Below the pieces are notes generated by a model. The model saw nothing but the letters and a program-made list of their open reading frames with translations, had not been told where the DNA came from and did no database searches. A DNA stretch of 64,000 bases from Minisyncoccota bacterium (GTDB lineage: Bacteria; Patescibacteriota; Minisyncoccia; Phycocordibacterales; JABAAK01). Location of the stretch: contig OY282360.1 in assembly GCA_958295675.1 (NCBI GenBank), positions 261,466 through 325,465 of the forward strand, read 5' to 3'. Positions 1-10,400 of this stretch are shown in pieces. The first letter of the stretch is position 1. Each line of letters opens with the position of its first letter. The translations under genes were made by a program, and so were the position numbers.

Positions 1-1
1 G

Positions 2-592
2 GTGGAAGTGCCGGGCAGAGTCGCGCTCAATGAAGCGATTGAAATCACAAAATTATTTCTGAACAACAGTGCCCGCAAATTTATCAACGGTGTACTCGGC
101 GCGATTTACCTTGAGGTGAAAGACCCGAATGAGGATGAGTATGTGCCGAAGAAACTGAAGCACAAGAAATCAGTCGGCGGCGTCGTGTTCAAAACAGGGG
201 ATGATAACAAGGTGCAGTTCGCGTTTGTGCACGATGTGTTCGGCAAATGGACACTTTCAAAAGGAGGACTTGAAGAAGGCGAGAGCAACGAGGATGGTTT
301 CAAACGGATCATCAAGGATGAGATCGGTATTGATGTGGAAGCACTTGAGAAGATAGGATCAAACGCGTATATCGCACACCCTCCGGACGGCGCGATACGC
401 AAAGAAGTATCGTACATGCTCGGCAGGACGAATGACAAAGAACTGAACCTGAAAGAAACCGGCGGCTTAGATGATACAAAGTGGTTTGACTATGAAGAAG
501 CGAAAAAACTCGCTTTCTATCCGGACCTCAAACAGATTATTTTAGACGGCATGGAAAAGGCGATGCAGGAGTACGCCAAAACGCCGGTGTAA
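2..592 (+). CDS. nusB: NusB (C-terminal part; 5' end outside the window) fused to a NUDIX-fold domain
   Basis: VPGRVALNEAIEITKLF...KFINGVLGAI is the NusB C-terminal signature. It is followed by SVGGVVF...WTLSKGGLEEGE...RIIKDEIGI, a degenerate Nudix box. Confidence 0.85.
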   Translation: MEVPGRVALNEAIEITKLFLNNSARKFINGVLGAIYLEVKDPNEDEYVPKKLKHKKSVGGVVFKTGDDNKVQFAFVHDVFGKWTLSKGGLEEGESNEDGFKRIIKDEIGIDVEALEKIGSNAYIAHPPDGAIRKEVSYMLGRTNDKELNLKETGGLDDTKWFDYEEAKKLAFYPDLKQIILDGMEKAMQEYAKTPV

Positions 593-597
593 GTGAT

Positions 598-1317
598 ATG
601 AACGAAAAAACGCGACAGGAAGACACGGAGCCACTGGAACAGGCGGTTGGTCATACATTTACGGATAAACAGTTACTCGCGCAGGCACTCACGCACCGAT
701 CATTTTCAAATGAAAATAACGGCGCGCCGCACAATGAACGACTTGAATTTTTAGGTGATGCGATTCTCCAGTTCGCGACAACAGTTAAGCTGTATCGTCT
801 TTTTCCTGACGAGCCGGAAGGCGCGCTCAGCGTCTATCGCTCGCTGGTCGTGAAAACGGATTTTCTTATGCGTGTTGCGGAACGATTGAAACTCAGGGAG
901 CACCTGAGAGTGTCGGAAGGACAGAAAAAGGAAATGCAGAACAGTGCCACGCCGGTGCTTGCCGATGCGGTGGAAGCACTGATTGGCGCGGTATACCTTG
1001 ACGGCGGATTAGAATCAGCGGAGAAGTGTGTGGAGACACATATACTCATGAATGTGGAGGAGTATCTGGCGGAAACACCCTTCAGGGATCCGAAGAGCGA
1101 ATTACAGGAATATGCGCAGCGGGAAATGCAGATCACACCGGAATACGAGGTACTGAGTGAGGACGGTCCGGATCATGAAAAGGTATTCACGGTCGGGGTG
1201 ACTGTCGGTGGCGAAACAATCGCGAAAGCGACCGGCAAATCAAAACAGGACGGCGCGCAAAAGGCGGCACAACAGGCGCTTGAGGTGTATAAAAAACAAA
1301 ACGAAGAAACGGCGTAA
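598..1317 (+). CDS. rnc: Ribonuclease III
   Basis: ALTHRS, HNERLEFLGDAIL signature, ADAVEALIGAVYLD, and a C-terminal dsRBD (DPKSELQE...GPDHEKVF...GKSKQ). Confidence 0.97.
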   Translation: MNEKTRQEDTEPLEQAVGHTFTDKQLLAQALTHRSFSNENNGAPHNERLEFLGDAILQFATTVKLYRLFPDEPEGALSVYRSLVVKTDFLMRVAERLKLREHLRVSEGQKKEMQNSATPVLADAVEALIGAVYLDGGLESAEKCVETHILMNVEEYLAETPFRDPKSELQEYAQREMQITPEYEVLSEDGPDHEKVFTVGVTVGGETIAKATGKSKQDGAQKAAQQALEVYKKQNEETA

Positions 1318-1457
1318 GTTTCCGTATACATATATGTACAACGGTAGTAATGCCGACGGAAGCGTCCTGATGAACAGGCGTTTGAAAATACGGATGACAA
1401 GAAAAAACAACAAGGAGTGCAGTGTGGAAAAGAACAGAGAGGTAGTAATAAAAAATG

Positions 1458-1463
1458 TATAAT
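1458..1463 (+). promoter_or_regulatory. -10 box (TATAAT) 8 nt before the ATG at 1472; probable leaderless transcript
   Basis: TATAAT-acacgcac-ATG with no SD. A perfect reverse-strand DnaA-type box (TTTTCCACA) lies at 1423-1431. Confidence 0.55.
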
Positions 1464-1471
1464 ACACGCAC

Positions 1472-2758
1472 ATGAAGATTAGTATCATCGTTCCATCCGT
1501 TATCGCAGTTCTGCTCGTTCTATCCGCTGCCGGTTGGTATATCACTACACAGTTGGAACGACCAGAAAGAATACTCCTCAGTGCGATCAAGGCAGACAAC
1601 TTAGATCTCTACGATGCGTTTAAGAGTATGGAAGTAAGTGCTGATGTAACACTATCAGCAGCAACGGACATGCTGACACAAGAAGACAGGGAAGCAATCG
1701 CGTTTTTGAGCGAATTTGTGAATGGTGTGAAAGAAGAAGTGCCGGATCCGCTGACCGCACAGGTATCGTTTGATTTTACGGAGGAATTGGAAAAAGGGTG
1801 GGCAAGTAATCCGAGAGGACCGTGGACGAACAGCGAGGGCAACCTGACGCTTGCGACAAATCTGATTGAGCAGGGAGAACTTTCAGTGGATGTGCGCTCA
1901 GTCGGCGACACCGGAGAACTATTTTTCCGTCTTGCTGAATCACCGGACTTTGTGATTACCGAACTGAAAAACATGGTGGATGCCGTCCGTGGTGTATGGG
2001 TTGAGGCGGACATACCCGACGATCTGAAAGCAATGCTGCTGGCAGAAGAGAACAATCTTTCGAAAACAGAAATGAAGATGGTACAGGATGCGTTGAACGA
2101 TTTCCTGACGGCATTGGTTAAGAATCGCGTACTTGTGCTGGAATTCAGTGAAAACAGTGAACCTGATGAACGCACCATCTCATACCGTGTGGATTTGCTC
2201 GCGCTGAAAAAAATACTGAAGAAAGAGAAAGAGAGAGCAAGGAAGCAGGTATTGAAACCGTTGGCGAAAATAATAGTGATAATGGATAACGCCGCTGAGC
2301 GCAGATTCTCCGGCAATTCACAGACAAATGAAAATCTGGATCAACAAATTGACGAAGTGTATGAAGATATCGTATTGGAACTGACGAGAGAACACGGCAG
2401 TGTGCTGAGATTCATAGAAAAATACCATAACGATATAGCGATAACGGGTACGATTGACATACGCACAGACACCTATGTATCGGATATCCTTACGATTGCG
2501 ATTGCGCTGGATCTGAAAGGTCTGACAGATGATAAGGAGTTCGCGGAAGAACCCTTTGACGGCACGCTTGATATTGCCATCAGTGTATCGCTCTCCGAGA
2601 AAGGTATCACAATTCAAAAACCGGAAGATGCACAGCGTCTTTCCGAACTCAGAGAGTTTCAAAGTTTGTGGGCCGGCATTATTTTCACACTCGCGCTGCG
2701 CGCGCAACAGGGAGGTGCATTTCCAAACACGACCGAAGGAGATATCTTCTTCCCGTAG
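1472..2758 (+). CDS. Hypothetical membrane-anchored/exported protein (428 aa)
   Basis: Long ORF with an N-terminal hydrophobic helix (ISIIVPSVIAVLLVLSAAGWY). No recognisable catalytic motif. Confidence 0.75.
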   Translation: MKISIIVPSVIAVLLVLSAAGWYITTQLERPERILLSAIKADNLDLYDAFKSMEVSADVTLSAATDMLTQEDREAIAFLSEFVNGVKEEVPDPLTAQVSFDFTEELEKGWASNPRGPWTNSEGNLTLATNLIEQGELSVDVRSVGDTGELFFRLAESPDFVITELKNMVDAVRGVWVEADIPDDLKAMLLAEENNLSKTEMKMVQDALNDFLTALVKNRVLVLEFSENSEPDERTISYRVDLLALKKILKKEKERARKQVLKPLAKIIVIMDNAAERRFSGNSQTNENLDQQIDEVYEDIVLELTREHGSVLRFIEKYHNDIAITGTIDIRTDTYVSDILTIAIALDLKGLTDDKEFAEEPFDGTLDIAISVSLSEKGITIQKPEDAQRLSELREFQSLWAGIIFTLALRAQQGGAFPNTTEGDIFFP

Positions 2759-2872
2759 CAGTCAACAAACATGACAGGATTGTGTCGGAATTAAAAACAA
2801 TGTGAAGGTATATCGTACCTCCGGCATTATCAACATCTCGCGCGACTGTCACCCGAACATGTCATTTGTTCG

Positions 2873-2881
2873 TGATACAGT
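2873..2881 (+). promoter_or_regulatory. Extended -10 (TGaTACAGT) 8 nt before the purF ATG
   Basis: TGATACAGT-aaaaatat-ATG with no SD. Confidence 0.45.
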
Positions 2882-2889
2882 AAAAATAT

Positions 2890-4353
2890 ATGTGTGGCGT
2901 TATAGGGCATCTTGGTCGTGGTTCTTCCGGTCAGATTCTCGCGAAAGCATTACCCGGTTTTTTTCATCGCGGGTTTGATTCTGCGGCGATAGTAACGGTT
3001 GATGCGGACGGATGCACACACACAAAGAACGATATACAGCCGACGGCACATCAGGAGATAGCGGCGGATGCACTGCGCGGACAGATGGGGATAGCACACA
3101 ATCGATATACCACCACCGGCTCGGCAATAAGCACGGCAGAACGACAGCCGTTTGTATTTGAGCGCGACGGCATCTCGCTCGTCTTTGCGCATAACGGCAA
3201 CATGGTAGACACGGAAGAATGCCGCGCGGTACTGCATGCGAAGGGATATACGATCCGTTCGCAGTCAGATTCAGAATTGCTCGGTCTCACATTCTTTGAC
3301 GCGTATCTGCACTCAGAAAAAGACACGGTGGAAGAGAAAGTGTACGACGCGGTTGCCGCGGTGCATATGGCGTGCGATGATGCGTACTCGGTTGTCTGTG
3401 CGCTGCGCGATGTCGGATTGATCGCATTCCGCGACCCGCACGGCATCCGTCCGCTGGTTGTTATGCGTCATACGCAGACAGACGATTGGATCGTGGCAAG
3501 CGAGGACGCACCGCTCCGCGCGCAGGGTTTTGATCTTGTCGGTGATGTCGCGCCCGGAGAGGCGGTCATCATCAACACCGCTACCGCCGCGACGCCAAGC
3601 GGGCATCAGCACATAGTCAGCAGAAGACAATGCGCGTCTCATCCGGAACATGTGCCGTGCGCTCTTGAGTATGTTTACCTCGCCCGTGCGGATTCCGTCA
3701 TAAACGGCATATCTGTCCGTGCCGCGCGTCGCGCACTCGGCAGAGCGCTCGGAAAGCATTTGTCAGAGACGATTCCGTTCCGCCCGGACTGTGTCGTGCC
3801 GATTCCGTCCACACCGTGTGATGCGGCAAGGGAAGTTGCCGATGTTCTCGGTGTGCCGTATGTAGAGGGGCTGATAAAAAAGCCAAAAAAGATGCGAACA
3901 TTCATACTGCCGTATAACAGGTTTAAGGCGGTGCAGGAAAAGTTCCGCATAGATATTGAATCGTTGAAAGGAAAGCGTGTACTGCTCGTGGATGATTCTA
4001 TCGTCAGAGGTAACACAATTAGAGGTGTTATGGAACTTCTGAAAAGCGCCGGATGCGGAGAGGTATACATCGCGGCATGCTCGCCGCCGGTAAAATACCA
4101 GAATGTATACGGCATCTCCATACCAACCACCACGGAACTTGTGGCAAATCAGTATCCTGATACAGCCGACCGCGCGGCATACCTCAATGTGGACGGGATT
4201 CTGCATATCCCCGATGATGTATTTATTGATGTATTCACCGCCCTTTCCGACAAGATTGAAAAGTTTGATTTCTCGTCATTCTTCGGAGAATATATAACCC
4301 CGACCGTGACGGACACCTATCTCAGACGATTGGAGGAAAATATGCAACGATGA
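2890..4353 (+). CDS. purF: Amidophosphoribosyltransferase (glutamine PRPP amidotransferase)
   Basis: N-terminal MCG (Ntn nucleophile Cys), HRG, AHNGN, SDSE, RDPHGIRPL, EYVYLARADS, PRPP-binding VLLVDDSIVRGNT, NVYGI. Confidence 0.93.
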   Translation: MCGVIGHLGRGSSGQILAKALPGFFHRGFDSAAIVTVDADGCTHTKNDIQPTAHQEIAADALRGQMGIAHNRYTTTGSAISTAERQPFVFERDGISLVFAHNGNMVDTEECRAVLHAKGYTIRSQSDSELLGLTFFDAYLHSEKDTVEEKVYDAVAAVHMACDDAYSVVCALRDVGLIAFRDPHGIRPLVVMRHTQTDDWIVASEDAPLRAQGFDLVGDVAPGEAVIINTATAATPSGHQHIVSRRQCASHPEHVPCALEYVYLARADSVINGISVRAARRALGRALGKHLSETIPFRPDCVVPIPSTPCDAAREVADVLGVPYVEGLIKKPKKMRTFILPYNRFKAVQEKFRIDIESLKGKRVLLVDDSIVRGNTIRGVMELLKSAGCGEVYIAACSPPVKYQNVYGISIPTTTELVANQYPDTADRAAYLNVDGILHIPDDVFIDVFTALSDKIEKFDFSSFFGEYITPTVTDTYLRRLEENMQR

Positions 4354-4385
4354 GGTCTGAGGTCTGCTCCGCATCCTCGTTCCGA

Positions 4386-5000
4386 TTATGCTAAGACGAA
4401 TTGAACAACAAAAGACAAACAGAGGATAATCAGATAGACGGCGAGGAAAAAGGGAAGAACACACCGGATATTCTTTCTATACAACAGTTGCCGGTCAATG
4501 CGCGGCGGACTGCCGTGCATGTTCGCTTCTTTCGCGCCCGGTACACGCAGCAGCACTAAGATAAATACGATACTTAATAAAGAGAAAACAACGCTGATCG
4601 CGAACAGCCACCAGAACCACTCACCCGTGTCAGGAGCAAACCATTCCACCAAGGCGAGTATGACATTCAGCCAGGAAACAGCGAGGAGCGCGGCAAGCCA
4701 TCCGGACCACCCGATGTCATGCAGCCGCCGTACTGTGAAAGGAATAAGAATGAGAAGCGGGATGAGAATCGGAAAAAAGAAAAGAAAGTGAGACAGCAAC
4801 AGCAGCAACAGTTCGCTGAATACATATTCAAATTTCTCAGATAGGTACGCGGTATACAACGCAAAGTTTTCTGAAACGAACACAAACAGAGAGAGTGCAT
4901 AGAGTAAACAGAGAGGAGCGATACCCAGCAGTGCGGGCAGTAAGTACTCTTTTCTGCTGATCCGACCGCGGAACATGGTTGTAATGAAACGCATACACAT
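4386..5000 (-). CDS. DUF805 (YhaH-like) inner-membrane protein; true start near 5000, not 5534
   Basis: FRGRISRKEY and TVRRLHDIGWSGW are DUF805 motifs; several TM helices and PG...N.HG. TATAAT lies 6 nt upstream of the ATG at 5000 on the minus strand. Confidence 0.85.
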   Translation of the reverse strand: MCMRFITTMFRGRISRKEYLLPALLGIAPLCLLYALSLFVFVSENFALYTAYLSEKFEYVFSELLLLLLSHFLFFFPILIPLLILIPFTVRRLHDIGWSGWLAALLAVSWLNVILALVEWFAPDTGEWFWWLFAISVVFSLLSIVFILVLLRVPGAKEANMHGSPPRIDRQLLYRKNIRCVLPFFLAVYLIILCLSFVVQFVLA

Positions 5001-5006
5001 ACTAGT

Positions 5007-5012
5007 ATTATA
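5007..5012 (-). promoter_or_regulatory. -10 box TATAAT for the DUF805 gene (leaderless)
   Basis: Minus strand reads TATAAT-actagt-ATG. Confidence 0.6.
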
Positions 5013-5120
5013 GCGCATGCGGAGAGAGAGGCAGTTCAATAGCGCGACGGCGGTGTCAGGAATATATCCGTAGACGGAACGCAGCACCGCTATTTCGGCG
5101 CAAGTTTTTTCATAGAGAGA

Positions 5121-5129
5121 TGCTACAAT
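5121..5129 (+). promoter_or_regulatory. Extended -10 TGcTACAAT for smc (leaderless)
   Basis: TGCTACAAT-ggcgtgt-ATG TAT CTC (MYLK, the canonical SMC start). Confidence 0.6.
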
Positions 5130-5136
5130 GGCGTGT

Positions 5137-7290
5137 ATGTATCTCAAAGAGCTGCAGATAGAAGGGTTTAAGTCATTCGGAAAACCGGTCACATTGTCAT
5201 TCCCGACCCGTATCACGGGCATTGTCGGTCCGAACGGATCAGGCAAGTCAAATGTGACGGAGGCATTCCGCTTCGTGCTGGGCGAACAGTCAATGAAGTC
5301 ACTGCGCGGCAGGCGGGGCGAAGATCTTATCTTCAACGGTGGTGACGGCGCGTCCCGCGCGTCCAAAGCGTCCGTACGCGTTACCTTTGATAACACTGAC
5401 CATACGCTGGACGATTCATTTGATGAGGTAACCGTGTCGCGCACCGTGCGCCGCGACGGTTCAAACGAGTACGCCGTGAACGGGACACAGGTGCGCCATC
5501 GCGATATCGTCGAGATGCTCGCCGGGGTGAACATCGGCGCGACCGGTCATCATATCATTTCACAGGGCGAGGCGGATAGTATTCTCAACGCGAGCCCCGA
5601 GGAGCGAAAAGAAATCTTAGAGGACGGGTTAGGACTGAAACTGCTCCAGTACCGCCGCGCGGAGGCGGAAAAAAAACTGGAACGCGCACGCCAGAACATC
5701 GCGGAAACGGATCTGCTGATCCGAGAGCTGACGCCGCACATGCGCCATCTGAAGCGTCAGGTGGAACGCTACAAAAAAGCGCGAGCCGTCCGCACCGAAT
5801 TGGAATCGCTGTACGCCGACTACCTCGCCCGGGAAACGCGCTACATAGCACAAACCACCGCGGAACTGGAGCCGCGCGAACACGCGCTGGCGCGCCAAAT
5901 GGCGGATGCGGAGAAAAAGGTGTCCGATGAGAAACATAGACGCGCCGGCACGAAAGACGACCTGACACCCCGCATACAACAAACAGAAAAAAAACTGGCG
6001 GCAGTGCGGGAAAAGAAAGATGCCGCGGCACGGGAATTAGGACGGGCGGAAGGCGAACACAGTGCGCTTGAGCGTCTCGGAAACACAAACACGGCGATTG
6101 AGCGGAAAAAGGTATTGGAGCTCAGGGATGACATACAGCACCGCGCGGCAGCGGCAAATCAGGAAGAACGCTCACGCCTCATTGACTACATCATCGGCCG
6201 TCTCACGGCGTTTCTCAAAACAGACGGTATAAACAGCGCAGCGCAGCGGCACGACGGCGATGCGATACGGAAAGAACAGGAGACCCTGCGGAAGACACTG
6301 GAACGCCTGAGTAAAGAAGAACAGGAGATTACCGCCGAACGCGACCGTCTGCGCGAACAACAGGAGGAGCGGATAGGCGAGATGCGGAAGTCGGAATCCG
6401 CGGTCATCGCCCTGATGGATGAAAAAGCGAAAGCGGAGCGGGAACTGTCCGACACGCGCCGCCGCCTCGCTGTGCTCAGGGAGGATGAAACGCAGTTGCG
6501 CCGCGAACTGGAGGAAGGTGCGGTACTCGTCGGTCCGAACATCTACGCGTACAAGGAGAAAAAAGTCCCGGAAACCGAGCAGCCGGAAAAGCGTGAAAAA
6601 CAGAAAGAGCGGCAGCGCCAACTGGAGCGAAAAAAAATACAACTGGAAACTATAGGGACGGACAGCGGCGAGGATGCTTTCAAAGAGCACGATGAGGTGA
6701 AGGAGCGAATGGATTTCCTCACCCGCGAGAAGGACGATCTGCTGAAAAGTATCGCCGACTGCGAGCAATGCATCAAACGCGTGCAAAAAGAGGTAGACAG
6801 CAGGTTCGCGGAGGGTATAAAAAAGATAAGCGGGGAGTTTGAAAGTTTTTTCAAAATCCTGTTCGGCGGCGGCACTGCGGCAATTATCACAGAAAAAACA
6901 AAAATAGAGAAAGACAACGGTGAAACGGAAGAGCGCATCGGCGTGGAGGTGAAAGTATCGCTCCCGAGAAAAAAAATCCGTTCGCTGAGCCAACTCTCCG
7001 GCGGCGAGCGAGCACTGGTTTCAATAGCACTCCTGTTCGCCATATCACAGGTGACGCCGCCACCGTTCCTCGTGCTGGACGAGACGGATGCCGCGCTGGA
7101 CGAGGCGAATTCACGACGGTACGCGTCCATCATTGAGGTGCTGGCGAAGCGTTCGCAATTAATACTTGTCACGCACAATAGGGAAACAATGCACTGTGCC
7201 GGCGCGCTCTACGGCATCACCATGAACGCGGCAGGTATCTCAACACTTCTGTCGGTGCAGTTTGACGAAGCGGTGCAGGTGGCGAAGTAA
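5137..7290 (+). CDS. smc: SMC-family chromosome segregation ATPase, short form (~717 aa)
   Basis: MYLK..I.GFKSF, Walker A GPNGSGKSN, Q-loop IISQG, coiled coils, LSGGE signature, Walker B/D-loop LVLDETDAALDEAN, VTH. Confidence 0.92.
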   Translation: MYLKELQIEGFKSFGKPVTLSFPTRITGIVGPNGSGKSNVTEAFRFVLGEQSMKSLRGRRGEDLIFNGGDGASRASKASVRVTFDNTDHTLDDSFDEVTVSRTVRRDGSNEYAVNGTQVRHRDIVEMLAGVNIGATGHHIISQGEADSILNASPEERKEILEDGLGLKLLQYRRAEAEKKLERARQNIAETDLLIRELTPHMRHLKRQVERYKKARAVRTELESLYADYLARETRYIAQTTAELEPREHALARQMADAEKKVSDEKHRRAGTKDDLTPRIQQTEKKLAAVREKKDAAARELGRAEGEHSALERLGNTNTAIERKKVLELRDDIQHRAAAANQEERSRLIDYIIGRLTAFLKTDGINSAAQRHDGDAIRKEQETLRKTLERLSKEEQEITAERDRLREQQEERIGEMRKSESAVIALMDEKAKAERELSDTRRRLAVLREDETQLRRELEEGAVLVGPNIYAYKEKKVPETEQPEKREKQKERQRQLERKKIQLETIGTDSGEDAFKEHDEVKERMDFLTREKDDLLKSIADCEQCIKRVQKEVDSRFAEGIKKISGEFESFFKILFGGGTAAIITEKTKIEKDNGETEERIGVEVKVSLPRKKIRSLSQLSGGERALVSIALLFAISQVTPPPFLVLDETDAALDEANSRRYASIIEVLAKRSQLILVTHNRETMHCAGALYGITMNAAGISTLLSVQFDEAVQVAK

Positions 7291-7317
7291 CAAGGAACAT
7301 GCAATCGGAAAGAAAAG

Positions 7318-7362
7318 TTATTAACACGGCGTGAAGTGAGCAAAGGCGGATTAAAGTATACT
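7318..7362 (+). promoter_or_regulatory. Array promoter motif: TTATTAACA ... TATACT
   Basis: Same two-element spacing as upstream of the other seven large genes. Confidence 0.55.
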
Positions 7363-7400
7363 AAAATTATTAATCTATATAAAATAGATGAGTACTTGTT

Positions 7401-10400
7401 ATGTATATAACGCAAAATATTTTTTGGTCAAGAGCGACGGCATGGTGTGTCTCAATTGCAATGTTGTTTTCAGTAGTCGGTCCGGCAACACATGCGCAAA
7501 CACAACAGGAACCGCCGGAGCAACAGGCAGAAGCACCGCCGGAGCGTGTGTCGGACGATGATGAAGAGGAAGAAGAACCTGCAGAGCAGGAGGAAGAACA
7601 AGAGGAAGATGAGGAAGAGGAAGTAGTACCGACGGCAACACTTAGCGGTCTCACGGTCTCAGAAACCAATCTCAACGAGCCGTTTGACGCGGAGACAACT
7701 GCCTACACTGCCGATGTAGCGAACACTATTGAAACAGTAACCGTCAGCGCTACACCGACGGACGACACCGCGACGGTCACCTACGATCCGACCGATGCCG
7801 ACACGGAAGAAGAGGGACATCAGATCGCGCTCACGGAAGGGGAGAATACGGTAACGGCGGAGGATGCCGCCGCAACACAGACCTACATCCTGACGGTGAC
7901 CAGAGCTGCGGAAGAAGAACCTGTAGAGGAAGAGAGTGAACCCGAGGGTGACGATGCTACTGAACCCGCCGATGACACGACAAATGAGCAGGCGGATGAC
8001 GAAGAGGAGGAATCAAACGAAGATGGAGAGGAAGAAGGTGAGGAGGAAAACGAAGAACAGGAGGAGAGTGAAGAGGAAGAAGAACCTGTAGAGCAGGAGG
8101 AAGAGGAACAAGAAGAAACAATAACACCACCAACGCTCAACGGTCTCACGGTTTCGGACACCAATCTCAACGAACCGTTTGACGCGGAGACAACTACCTA
8201 CACCGTTGATGTAGCAAATGACATTGAGAATGTGACAGTCACACCTACCGCAGACGATACGATGACAGTAGCATTCACTGACACAACGGATACCGACACG
8301 GAAGAAGAGGGGCATCAGGTCGCGCTCACGGTTGGGGAGAATACGGTAACGATAACAGTCACCGCACAAGACGGGGTAACTGCACAAACTTACATCCTAA
8401 CAATCACCAGAGCCGCCGAGGAATCTGAACATGAAGATGAAGAAGAGACAGAGGAAGAACAGGAAACACCGGAACCGACTGTGGAGCCGGCACCAGAACA
8501 ATCACAACCGGAAGCACAACGACAGCAGGCGCAACTTCCTGATGACGATACCTCGGATACGCAGGCAAATCCGAACGGTCCCCTCCTCATCGCACTAAAA
8601 CCGTCGTCCGACTCACACCGCCACGGCACCATCACCGCGGTAACGGCACTCCCCGGATCACCGACAACCGGCACGGTGATTCGGTTCACCGCATCAGCAT
8701 CATCGCTGGCGAACACGGTGGACACTGACGGCAGTACCGCAAAAACAACCGCGGCGGCAAACGACATGTTCCAGTACAACGACACCAAGTGGGTCTTTAT
8801 GGGAAACGGTGCCACCACGGTGGGCATCAGTTCGGATGTGGACGGGATTACGAATGACGATACACCGACCTTTGTGGTAAAAAGTGCTGACGGCAACACC
8901 TTCGGCGGCGGCAGAGACGATGAAGCGTTTATCGCGAAGCACGCCGGAGCATGTTCTTCGGTGACAATACCAAATAACAGTCTCAACGGTCTTAATCGGA
9001 ATCATGCTGAATATATTTTTAGATCCAGAAGCGGTTGGACAGAAATTGACAGTTTTGATATGGACCTGGATCGGGGAGGTTACAGTGCCGCAGCATCGTT
9101 TGAATTAACATCGGATGAACTTACCGCTGGAAAATACTGTTTCATTGCTTTTTACACTGATAATGGACGAGCAACAGCAAATACTAGTACCGGTCTTACG
9201 GTGACTATAGATAATTCCATAACCACACCGTCACTCAGCATATCCTCCGGCACCGGCACCGCGACACCGACGGTCACTGTTACCAACCTTGAGAATAATG
9301 CCAAAGTGCGTCTCTACACCAGTAGTAACTGCAGCACCGGCACCGCACTCGGTAGTGGCGACACCACAGTAGGAGCGTCAACCAGGGTGAACATTGATTT
9401 GACTGGACGGTCTGTCGGTGACATCTTTTACGCAAAACACACCGATGTCGCAGGTAACACGGCTTGCCGCAGCGGGGTGACGAATATTCCAGGATTGACA
9501 CTTGATCTCACCTCCGACACCGGCACTGACACCACCGACGACCATACAAGCGACACTACACCAGAGTTTACAGTGACCGGATCAACCGCATACGGCGGCT
9601 CAGCGAATAACGAAGTACGCCTCTATCATAAGAACACCGCCTGCGGCACCCTCCCGCCTGTCACGACAATCGCCGGTCTCACCGGATGGACACTCTACAA
9701 AACAACCGATGTCTCCGCTTCCTCCGTCACCTCCACAGCCGGTATCACCTCCGGCACCGCGCTGACCACCGCCGATGAGCACTGCTTCCTTGCTGTTTAC
9801 TCAGCCGACGGCTCGGCGATAACACGATACGGACAGTTGGATGTCGTTATAGACACCACCGCACCGACAATCATCCCACACATCTCACCGTCGCTGCCAT
9901 CAGGCACACCGACAAAGTTCTCGCATGCCGGTGATGTTGCGGTACCATTGGATGATTGGGAGTTCTTCGGCTCCACCGTATCTCTCTCCGCGGACGGCAC
10001 CCTCATGGCAGTTGGTGCGTCACGCGATGATGATGGTGGTACCGACAGCAACAGAGGCGCGGTGTACCTCTTTCAAAAGACAAATGGCTCCTGGGCGAAG
10101 ACCCTGAAGATCTCTGACAATGGCGGCGGCGAGGGATTACTGGATATCAATTTGAGTGATTATGACTACTTCGGCTCCGCCGTCTCCTTCTCGGGAGACG
10201 GCACCGTACTGGCAGTAGGTGCGGATGGTGACGATGACGGTGCGGTGCACCTCTTTCAAAAAACAAATGGCTCCTGGGCGAAGACCCTGAAGATCTCTGA
10301 CAATGACGGCGGTGAGGGATTACTGGATATCAATTTGGGCGACAATGACAACTTCGGCTCCGCCGTATCTCTCTCCGCGGACGGCACTGCACTGGCAGTG

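Noticed and set aside
1323-1346. Imperfect palindrome after rnc (ccgtatacatatatgtacaacgg)
   Set aside because: AT-rich weak stem without a U-tract; insufficient support for a terminator.
5001-5534. Upstream extension of the 382-aa minus-strand ORF
   Set aside because: It overlaps smc antisense; DUF805 motifs and a -10 box place the start at 5000.
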